Below, one piece after another: positions 1-8,300 of a stretch of 37,118 bases of DNA (positions are counted from its first letter, which is position 1; the number at the start of each line of letters is the position of its first letter). Position numbers and translations under genes: made by a program. The notes below the pieces were generated by a model that searched no databases, was not told where the DNA came from, and saw nothing but the letters and a program-made list of their open reading frames with translations. This stretch comes from a virus (taxonomy: Duplodnaviria; Caudoviricetes). The stretch covers positions 1 to 37,118 of the IMG/VR virus record IMGVR_UViG_3300028633_000001; one strand, 5' to 3'.

Positions 1-127
1 GTATTTAGCGAGCCTTTCTGCTATTGTTTAATTACTATGCAAGATACAACAGATCAACCGAATACTCTCCTCCGAACGCCTATAATTACACCTATCAGTA
101 TTTTTGCGAATGGACATGGTTTCACGA
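1..127 (+). repeat. Direct terminal repeat, left copy (identical to 36992-37118)
   Basis: gtatttagcgagcc...ggtttcacga occurs at both ends; 127 bp matches a common assembler k-mer. Confidence 0.97.
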
Positions 128-1227
128 AGATATCTGCTGGCGGCACGCAAATAAGTAATGATACATCCGACTTTTTCAAAGGTACGCAATGCATGTCTCT
201 CACTACGGCTGGTGATGGTGCCGCTGCTTTCACGAAGAAACAAAATATTTCGCCGGTCGTTGACCTGACTGGTCGTCAACTTGCTATCACTTTTAAGATC
301 GATAACCCGAAAAATGTTTCGGAATTTTTCATTTATGCTTCGAGCGATAATACGACCGCGAACTGGTACACTTGGAAATTGTCAGACGATGTGAACCAAC
401 TGAAAACCGGTGAATGGATTACGCTCGCGCTCTCCTTCGGCGCGGCCACCGCCACCGGCGCTCCCTCCCGCTCGGCCATTAACTCGGTGCAGCTGAGGAT
501 AAAAGATGACTCAGGTAGTCAGGTTTCTGTGAAATTCGGGCAAATTGGTTATATGCCTGAGCCATCAAAAGCTTATGTTACGCTAACGTTTGACGATGGC
601 ACTATTACGCAATATAATACTGCTCGCGTTAAAATGGATCAGTACGGTATGCCGGGAGTGTTATTCGCTATTCCCGGTCGCGTCGGTAAGAGTTCAAATC
701 TTTTGACTGTTGACCAACTTCGTGACCTCCAAGATAAATCTGGTTGGGATATTTCATCTCATACTTATTCGCATCCTCGTCTTTCGACTGATCTTGCGCC
801 GAGTCAAGTCGAGTCCGAGCTCGCTAACTCACAAATCTGGCTTACACAAAACGGTTTCATTCGAGGCGCGGCTCATTTCGCTTATCCGCATGGAGATTAT
901 GATTTCACAAAAGTTATTCCAATTGTGAAAAAATATTATACGACTGCTCGGGCTGTTATTACTTACCCTGAATCTAGTCGTCTGACAAATCCTTATGCAC
1001 TTCGGGGCTATTATGCGACGAATACTTCGACCTTAGCCAATCTACAAAATGTCGTTACTCGAGCAATCGCGAATAAAGAATGGGCTATCTTTACTTTTCA
1101 TCGTATTGTTACACCAGCTACCGCGACAGAAGATGTGACACCAGCTGTTTTTGAAGCGTTCATCGATTGGCTCGCTACTCAAAATATTGAAGTCAATACG
1201 ATTTCAAACATTATTCGCGACGTTTAG
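37..1227 (+). CDS. Polysaccharide deacetylase (CE4/NodB domain) with N-terminal beta-rich, possibly carbohydrate-binding domain
   Basis: CE4 motifs TLTFDDG, SHTYSHP, FAYPHG, FTFHRI in the C-terminal half. Confidence 0.9.
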   Translation: MQDTTDQPNTLLRTPIITPISIFANGHGFTKISAGGTQISNDTSDFFKGTQCMSLTTAGDGAAAFTKKQNISPVVDLTGRQLAITFKIDNPKNVSEFFIYASSDNTTANWYTWKLSDDVNQLKTGEWITLALSFGAATATGAPSRSAINSVQLRIKDDSGSQVSVKFGQIGYMPEPSKAYVTLTFDDGTITQYNTARVKMDQYGMPGVLFAIPGRVGKSSNLLTVDQLRDLQDKSGWDISSHTYSHPRLSTDLAPSQVESELANSQIWLTQNGFIRGAAHFAYPHGDYDFTKVIPIVKKYYTTARAVITYPESSRLTNPYALRGYYATNTSTLANLQNVVTRAIANKEWAIFTFHRIVTPATATEDVTPAVFEAFIDWLATQNIEVNTISNIIRDV

Positions 1228-1256
1228 TATATTATTTATTCCATGAAAAAGGTCAT

Positions 1257-1265
1257 TTATCCACA
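1257..1265 (+). promoter_or_regulatory. Consensus DnaA box TTATCCACA upstream of the helicase operon
   Basis: Exact 9-mer in an intergenic region; single copy. Confidence 0.35.
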
Positions 1266-1276
1266 AGCGGTAATGT

Positions 1277-1299
1277 AGCGTTTTCTACGCTATTTTTTT
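1277..1299 (+). terminator. Weak intrinsic terminator after the deacetylase gene
   Basis: tagcg-ttttcta-cgcta followed by a T run. Confidence 0.45.
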
Positions 1300-1369
1300 A
1301 TTCTGATGTGCCGTATAGTGAAAAATACACATGCAAGCAAAGTGTGAATAATCAAAAGGGGGGCAGGGT

Positions 1370-1522
1370 ATGAAAATAGATTATAATGCGGAGAGACATT
1401 TCTTCGCATTGGGCGACGAGATTGTGCCGCATCCATGTTTTCAGGATCGGACATATTTGTACTCGGTGCGGGTGTTACAATTTTTTGATTTTATTCGTTG
1501 GCTCAATAAGGAGGTGGAATGA
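1370..1522 (+). CDS. Small hypothetical protein, 50 aa (MKIDYNAERHFF...NKEVE); not in ORF track
   Basis: G-rich RBS upstream; ATGA overlap with next gene. Confidence 0.65.
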   Translation: MKIDYNAERHFFALGDEIVPHPCFQDRTYLYSVRVLQFFDFIRWLNKEVE

Positions 1523-1701
1523 AAAAAATAGCGGGGAATTTCCATTGTATTGACTGCCGTTTTGATATGATGATCGTCGTCATGGCTCCCGATGCTATGA
1601 CTGAGTCTGAGTTGGAGCCGATTGTGGAGAAGGAGTATAACGAGTCCGATCATGCAAAAAGCGGGCATCGTGTTAATCATTCTATCGATGAGGTAGCTTA
1701 G
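1519..1701 (+). CDS. Hypothetical protein, 60 aa (CxxC...HxxxxH, possible Zn binding)
   Basis: AAGGAGG RBS; stop overlaps next start. Confidence 0.7.
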   Translation: MKKIAGNFHCIDCRFDMMIVVMAPDAMTESELEPIVEKEYNESDHAKSGHRVNHSIDEVA

Positions 1702-3080
1702 TGGAGCCGAAGAAAAAATCAGAATTAATCGGTGACAGGACTGACAAAAAAATCCCGCCGAAAAAAGAGCTCGCGGAAAAGTTGCGTTATGACACGAAAA
1801 TCGTGCGCTTCAAAGGAACGACGTTCATCGAGGACGGTTCGAAGATGACTGACATGACGAGCGATAAATTTTCTGAGGCGTGCTACAACCTGTTTGGTAG
1901 CGGTCTCACGAAATCGAAGATCGCTGACCTTGAACACCTGTTTCGAACGACAGCCCCCGATCTCTCCCATCGCGCACATTTGATCGCGTTTGGTGATCGC
2001 GTGTGGGATACGAAGCTGCTCGAGTGGTCGGGTGTTCCGGCCGAGGATTGCGTCTATCGCATCCCGTATACGCCTATCGAGCGTAGCGGCCGACTGCCGT
2101 TCATTATGGATTTAGCGTGTGGCGACGAAGGCGTGTACGACGATATTATGCAGTCGGTTGCGCCGCTCGTCATGGACAAGAAGCCGACTGGCGTGATCTG
2201 GTATCTTGGGCAAGGTGCCAACGGAAAATCGACGCTTGTGCATTTGCTCTATCTTATTTTCACGACGTATTTGACTGAATTAACTGTAAAACAATTGGAG
2301 GACGAGCGTGATACACCGCAACTTAATGGCAAGCTTGGTAACGTTTGTAAAGAGAGTTCCGAGGGTTTCATTGAAGATACGCGCACATACAAATCCATCG
2401 GAACTCACGAGGGTTTCAGTGTTCACAAGTTTCACAGCCAAGATATGGTACAGATCGAGGGCAATATCCACCACATCTTTTCGGCGAATAATATTCCCAC
2501 GTTTGGAGATAAGTCTTACGGTGCTCGAAGGCGTACACTCGTCATTCCGTTCAATGCACGTTTTACCCCCGACGAAACCTTCGAGGATCGTACTTTCACA
2601 AAAGGATTCATCGAAGCGTTCCTTGCGGAAATGATCCACTATGCGGGATTATTGAAACAGCAAAATTATGAATATAAATTTTCCGCGACGACAGTTGCGA
2701 TGAAGGAGAAATATGACACAGAAGCCAATACCGCGCAAACGTATGTCGATGAGCTCGTCGCCGATAATATCCTCGGTTTCCTTAGCTTCCGTAACGTCGA
2801 AGTGGATTACGAAAACTGGTGTTCCGATCATGGGTATAAACCCTCTACCCGCAACGTCCTTCGTCGAGCGTTCGAAGACAAGGGTTTCCGTCGCAAGTCG
2901 GCTCGCAAATCAGATGGATCGACCACAAAAATGTATCTGATGCCCGGCACAAGCTACACGGCGCTCAGTATCTTCGGCGGTGACAGGATCGGTATGTTCA
3001 AACCGAGTGAGCTCGATGCGAAAGTCGTCAAGGATATGAATGAAGAGGAGCAGGTTGACCTCTTGGGGAACTGGACATAA
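1701..3080 (+). CDS. SF3 (P4/D5-family) replicative helicase
   Basis: Walker A GQGANGKS, LNGKLGNVCKES, FSANNIP, arginine-finger region GARRRTLVIPF, winged-helix-like YENWCSDHGY. Confidence 0.88.
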   Translation: MEPKKKSELIGDRTDKKIPPKKELAEKLRYDTKIVRFKGTTFIEDGSKMTDMTSDKFSEACYNLFGSGLTKSKIADLEHLFRTTAPDLSHRAHLIAFGDRVWDTKLLEWSGVPAEDCVYRIPYTPIERSGRLPFIMDLACGDEGVYDDIMQSVAPLVMDKKPTGVIWYLGQGANGKSTLVHLLYLIFTTYLTELTVKQLEDERDTPQLNGKLGNVCKESSEGFIEDTRTYKSIGTHEGFSVHKFHSQDMVQIEGNIHHIFSANNIPTFGDKSYGARRRTLVIPFNARFTPDETFEDRTFTKGFIEAFLAEMIHYAGLLKQQNYEYKFSATTVAMKEKYDTEANTAQTYVDELVADNILGFLSFRNVEVDYENWCSDHGYKPSTRNVLRRAFEDKGFRRKSARKSDGSTTKMYLMPGTSYTALSIFGGDRIGMFKPSELDAKVVKDMNEEEQVDLLGNWT

Positions 3081-3166
3081 TGGCAAAGAAAAAACCGGAA
3101 ATCCCGGAACCGAAACCGATTCCTGTACTTCCCGGGCAAATGAGCATAATGGATATTATCAAATGA
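3080..3166 (+). CDS. 28-aa peptide MAKKKPEIPEPKPIPVLPGQMSIMDIIK; not in ORF track
   Basis: TAATG overlap with helicase stop and ATGA overlap with the next start at 3163. Confidence 0.7.
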   Translation: MAKKKPEIPEPKPIPVLPGQMSIMDIIK

Positions 3167-3933
3167 GTGATCGTGCGAATCTCGGTAACTTTTTGAAAGA
3201 GGTTATCAACTGGGGATGGGATGAGTTCCTTCGTGCCGAACATGACACGAAATATTCGCCGTTGCAAGCAACGGTCTTTGCTCTCGTTCGTTCCTGTAGT
3301 GACGGTAAGTTGGGCGCGATAAAACTGTCCATCAAACGAGTCGATGGTGCGCTTGAGACACCGATCAAAGTCGAGTATCCTCGTGTTTTCTTCCGGTACC
3401 CATATGCGAAGTCAATTGGTGGGGAGCCGATTCCGCAAATTGGCGAGAGCGATGAGACTGCCGTCGCGCAGCCAACGCCGGAAGAGTTTGATGAGCCCGA
3501 AGCTGAGACCCAAGAGGATTTATTGACCTACGGGCTGCGTGAGACGCTGAATAAAATGGCTGAGACGCCGGATCGCCGAGTCGTGCCGCTCATTCTTCAG
3601 AAAAAAGAGGAGATCGAGGAAGCGCTCAAGGCGAATAAAAACGCACAAATTCCGAAGGAAAAGGTGCCTCGTGTAAAGTCGGTAATCGCGGCCAATTTGC
3701 TTGATCTTGCGATGGAACAGAATAATTTTGAAGCCATAACAGAGGTGTTCGATCAGATCGACGGTAAGCTCGTCGAGACGTTTCGCTTTCTTGGTGACGA
3801 TATGTATATGGATCAGTACGATGAAGTCGCGCCCGCTGGCGCAATATTAAATGAAGACGGCATTTACGTGCTGGAAATGAAGGATATCGCAAACACATGG
3901 GAACAGAAGTTCAAACTCAACAAAAAATTATAA
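3163..3933 (+). CDS. Hypothetical protein, candidate terminase small subunit (duplicated helical motif)
   Basis: Start reassigned to 3163 by ATGA coupling; two copies of a G..AIK...R.DG-like motif (DGKLGAIKLSIKRVDG; NNFEAITEVFDQIDGK) resembling DUF5681-type proteins. Confidence 0.5.
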   Translation: MSDRANLGNFLKEVINWGWDEFLRAEHDTKYSPLQATVFALVRSCSDGKLGAIKLSIKRVDGALETPIKVEYPRVFFRYPYAKSIGGEPIPQIGESDETAVAQPTPEEFDEPEAETQEDLLTYGLRETLNKMAETPDRRVVPLILQKKEEIEEALKANKNAQIPKEKVPRVKSVIAANLLDLAMEQNNFEAITEVFDQIDGKLVETFRFLGDDMYMDQYDEVAPAGAILNEDGIYVLEMKDIANTWEQKFKLNKKL

Positions 3934-4184
3934 GATATCTCAAAAAGAAGGGGTGTTATGTTATTAAGACTCATCCCGGTCTCGGCACGCCAACAGGATG
4001 TCCAGATATCCTGTTTTTTAAAGAAGGGTTTTACGGAGCCATCGAATGTAAAGCGTCGCGCACGTCTGCATGGCGGCCGCTTCAAAAAGAAACTATCATG
4101 AAGTTTCATGAATGGTCATGGGGGAGAGCGCTTTACCCCGAGAATTATCAAGACGTGATAGATGAGCTGGAAGGTATTCTATGA
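3897..4184 (+). CDS. VRR-NUC / PD-(D/E)xK nuclease (possible Holliday junction resolvase)
   Basis: E..VQ..I..YL, G-C-P-D-I-L, I-E-C-K, RPLQ motifs. Confidence 0.85.
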   Translation: MGTEVQTQQKIIRYLKKKGCYVIKTHPGLGTPTGCPDILFFKEGFYGAIECKASRTSAWRPLQKETIMKFHEWSWGRALYPENYQDVIDELEGIL

Positions 4185-4230
4185 AACGACTAATTACCCT
4201 AGTGTTTTTTTGTATATTTATAGTTCTCAC

Positions 4231-4242
4231 TTATGCTATGAT
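4231..4242 (+). promoter_or_regulatory. Extended -10 promoter TTATGCTATGAT for the virion operon
   Basis: TGn-TATGAT; same TTATGCTATNAT found at 15069 and 19495(-). Confidence 0.6.
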
Positions 4243-4267
4243 TACTACATATAATCGAGGGGGTAAT

Positions 4268-5344
4268 ATGACTGGTAACGCACAATGGGTAGGAGCTGAC
4301 GGGAACCGTTACGTTAGCACTAATGGTAAAGTTCAAAATGTCGGAGCAGCAACTAGCGGTGGCGGTGAATACTGGATAAAACAAGGATATTCAATGATCC
4401 TTGATCCAAATGCTGGCGGTTCTGGAAAAACTGACTGGAACAACTCAGGTGCTAATTTCATCGAGCCTAGCCAAAACGGTGTTCTTGGTATGGAGACACG
4501 TGAGAGCGCTTCTTCAGCTGCCGCATCTGCCGCCGCTCGTGAGGCTGCTGCAAAAACCGCCGCTAACGCTTCCGCTCGCGATAACACTCAAAAGGCTATC
4601 AATTCCCTCGATACCGAATTGGCTGTCGGCAACCAAAATATTGATGCCGAGACCGGTGCAGTTCGCTCTCGCTATGATCGCGAAGCACAGCAAAACGAGT
4701 CTGATTACAATGAACAAACTGTCAATAACAACCAGAATCTCTTGAAGAACAAGCAAAACGGGTTGCAAGCCGGAGCGCAGGGTATCCGTGGTCTTCGTTC
4801 AACGCTCGCCTCGATTGGCGCTCTTGGTGGTACTGGCCTCACACTTGCAAACCGCGCGGTCACAAATTCAGTGAATCAAGACCTCGGCGAAGCGTCTGAA
4901 ACTGCTGCGACCAATGCTCGCACGCTCGATTCTGCTATCGGTAAATTCCGCGACGAAGACAAAGATCGTCGTGCCGAACTCGAAACGACCGCTCGAAATA
5001 ATAGGACTGCCCTTGAAGGTCGTGTTGAATCAAAACGCCAAGGATTCTTGCAAAAGATGGCCGAACTCTTTAGTGAGATCGGTGACACTGGAAATGCGAC
5101 TTCGTTCCTCAACCGCGCTGGCGACCTGAATAACACGATTGCTCAGAAAACCGCTGTCGCTCAGGCTCCGGTCACGGCTCGCTCTGCGGCCTTCACCCCC
5201 GGCACCCTCGCCGATTACTTGGCTGGAACTGGTGACATGACTGTTACTACTGAAGCTGGTGATGCGACTGGTCTGGGTACGTCTCCATCTGCGATCCTTG
5301 CTGGACGCAAAGACAAGGAACGTCGTCAAGTAGCACTAGCTTAA
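4268..5344 (+). CDS. Putative internal virion / DNA ejection protein
   Basis: GAGGGGG RBS favours start 4268 over 4181; Ala/Asn/Gln-rich coiled-coil composition; precedes large virion protein. Confidence 0.55.
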   Translation: MTGNAQWVGADGNRYVSTNGKVQNVGAATSGGGEYWIKQGYSMILDPNAGGSGKTDWNNSGANFIEPSQNGVLGMETRESASSAAASAAAREAAAKTAANASARDNTQKAINSLDTELAVGNQNIDAETGAVRSRYDREAQQNESDYNEQTVNNNQNLLKNKQNGLQAGAQGIRGLRSTLASIGALGGTGLTLANRAVTNSVNQDLGEASETAATNARTLDSAIGKFRDEDKDRRAELETTARNNRTALEGRVESKRQGFLQKMAELFSEIGDTGNATSFLNRAGDLNNTIAQKTAVAQAPVTARSAAFTPGTLADYLAGTGDMTVTTEAGDATGLGTSPSAILAGRKDKERRQVALA

Positions 5345-5365
5345 TAAAAAATAAAGGGGTAGCAG

Positions 5366-8300
5366 ATGTTCGATTGGCTGAAAAACATATTTGGCGGTGG
5401 AAATAAAACATCGAGTGCCCCTTCACGTCCCGCAAAAGCTACTCCCGATCCAGCTGCCGAACAACGTCGGCGGGAAGAGGAAGCGCGTAAAAAACGTGAG
5501 GCTGCTGCAAAACAAGCAGCTCTCGAGGCACAGGCTCGTAAGGATAATGAGGCTGCTCTAGCTCGTCGCGCTGACGAAGAAGCGTTCAACAAACGTATGC
5601 AGAAAATGAAACCGGCCGAGGATAAAGAAAAAGAACTTAACGACCTGACCGATCAAAATCTGGATGCCGCACGTAAGCGCAATAAAGTTACTGGACTCTT
5701 CGACACTGTTGCCGATGCGTTGGCGGGTGGCGCAGCTGAAAAGCGGGCTCAAGTTGAAGCTCGCACTATAGCGGCCAAACAATACCAAGAAAAATACGGT
5801 TATGATAACGGCGATGACGCTGCGATCAGTTTCGGCAATCGTACTCTTGAAAAAGCTAACGCTGGGTCAAAAGCTGCCCGCGACGCGATTGACAACACGA
5901 AAAAGGCTATCGAGGTTGTTCGTTATGTTCCGGGTGCTGGTCTTGGTGAACTCGGTGCAAATGCCATTCGTGGCAATTTTTCAGGTTCACAAGAAGCTGA
6001 CGATACATTGCTCCGTGAGCAAATGGACTTAAATGATGCGGATATAAAAGCTCTTTCGCCTGAAGATCGTCAAAAATACTTACTTGTTGCTAAAGGTGGT
6101 CTCGGTGCTGGCGTGCTTGATCTTGCGGGTGTCGGTGCTGGTTCTCTTGTCAAATCGACGGTGCGAGGCGGTTTGAAGCAAACTATAAAAAATAGCGCCA
6201 AAAGTTCTGTCAAGCAGGTAATCAAAGATATCGCCACGAAACAGGGCGCTAAAACGCTTGTCAAAAACTCCGCTATTGGTGCCGGTACTGGCGCAGCCGT
6301 TGGATACGGTGGCGCGAAAGTGTTGGGAGCAGATGACGAAGCAGCGGCTCAGGCGGCAGTTCGTGGTGCGGGCGGTGGTCTGTTCGGTGGTTTGGCATCA
6401 AGTCCATTGGATATTGCGACAACCTCTCTTGCTAAAGGCCGGAACGCAAAAAATGTGGTTCGTGGCACGCTTGAGAAGGCTGATGCTACCACTGTCGTTG
6501 ATGCGGCTACGAAGACGGCGCAACGCGTCGTGAATGAAGAAAAGCCGACTATCCCGAATATGACTCCGGTTGACGTGACCGCTGATAACAGCAATAAAGT
6601 TGAAGTCTCTCCGGGCGTCATGATCGAACAGAAGAGCCCTACGACTCGTGGTGCGACTCCTGATTCCTTCAACACGAACGAACCTGCCTATGTTCGGAAA
6701 CAAGCTGCCGAAGAGCAACGTCTTGCCGATGAAGCGCAGATGAACGCGGGCACTCAAGAAATCAATGATATCCCGGCGTTTCAACGTCAAGGGAAGGTTC
6801 TTCCTGATGAAAAAGTTGATATGGCCCGCGCTGAAGAAATTCGGGCTCAGGTTGCTGCTATGCCGACTGTCGAACAAATTCGTGCGAATGAGTTCGAACT
6901 TAGGTCGAAATTCGCTAAAGACGTACAAGCACGTCCCGATCTTCGATTCCAGCTTCAAATGAAACTGAATGATAATCTCGCTTCATTGAAGCAAGCAACC
7001 GAGCAATCGACCGCTCTTACGAATGAGCTGAGTGTTCTTGACAGTAAACTCGGCACCGCCCAACAACAGCGCAAAATGGCACAGGCGCTTGAGTCGGAAC
7101 AAGCTGGACAGCCCGCTATCAATGAAGTTGATATACCAGATGTCACAAACCCTATCGCACTCGCAAAGGGTGATTCGGCTATTGATATACCGATGGCTCA
7201 GTTCCGCGATGCTGAAAACGGGAGCGCATCGCTTCCACAGGCGGAGCCTGTCACCGACCTGCCCCCTGCCGCGCAACCCACGACCACGGACATCTCTGAG
7301 GCTGCGGCACAAGGCGACCTTCGTATCCCTACTGGGAGCGCCGAGCAAACGGCTGAAGGTAACGCTCCTCTCAAATCCGATGTTGAAGTGCAGCAAGAGC
7401 TCGCTGATGCGGGTATTGCGCCAAATCGAGGCGAGAGTCCGGTTGCTATGGCTGATGATGCAGAACAGGCCGCAAGAGCTCGTTCGGCTGAGGAAGAAGT
7501 TGCAGGACAGACTAATGCTCCAAATACTCGTGAACAGGCTGCTAGTCGTATCGCTGATGATGAGATTCGAGATGACTTGATGCAAAACGCTCCGCCGAAA
7601 GAAACGGTTAATCTCGAGCAAGCGGAGCTCAATGCGAAAGCTTTTCTCAATACGCTTGATGATGATGGGCTCGTAAAGAGTTTTGCAACTGGTACGGTTG
7701 TTGATGATGCGACTTCATTCTACACGTCGCTCAATGCCGTCCGTCGTCTTGAGCGTATAAATACGCCTGAAGCGAAAGAGGGCATCCGCAACGCGATTGA
7801 TGCGATGGCGAATTATGCGGCTGAATCTGGTCGCGGTCTGCGTACAGTACAGGTATTGTTCGACGATATGCCATCTGCGATGAAGGTGGATTATTTGACG
7901 CGTAAACTGAGCAAAGCGGGGGCTGACCTGACTGACGGTGATCGTGCCCAGCTCGCGGGTCTTATTCAAGCGGCTGATAACGCGACTGCGAATGTTCGTG
8001 CTCTTGAAGATAGGGCTCGTCAGTTACTCGAAGATGGTTCGATCACCAACGGTAATGTTACGCCCGAACTTCAAGCACAGGTGCGCCAATTGTCAGAAGC
8101 TATCCAAAAAGCCGAACTCGAGAAAGAAGCGGTCTCTGGAAAAGCGTTCCGCGACTATCAGCGTCATTTGGATGGTGAAGTCCCTATTGGTAAGCGTGCT
8201 GGTGATGTTGGCCGAACGTTGATGCTTTCCGCGCCCTCTGGTCGTGTTTTCGATGTGATCTCGACGACTTCGACCGCTGCTGATGATATGTTGACGAGAG

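Noticed and set aside
1-127. 127-bp terminal repeat as a biological DTR
   Set aside because: Length equals a typical assembler k-mer and it cuts through a hairpin and a gene start; better read as circular overlap
3040-3162. N-terminal extension of the 297-aa ORF
   Set aside because: Overlaps helicase; coupling pattern supports a 28-aa ORF at 3080 and a start at 3163
4181-4267. Apparent signal peptide MKRLITLVFFCIFIVL on the 387-aa ORF
   Set aside because: Likely translation of T-rich promoter DNA; promoter and strong RBS point to start 4268, though the ATGA overlap at 4181 means it is not fully excluded
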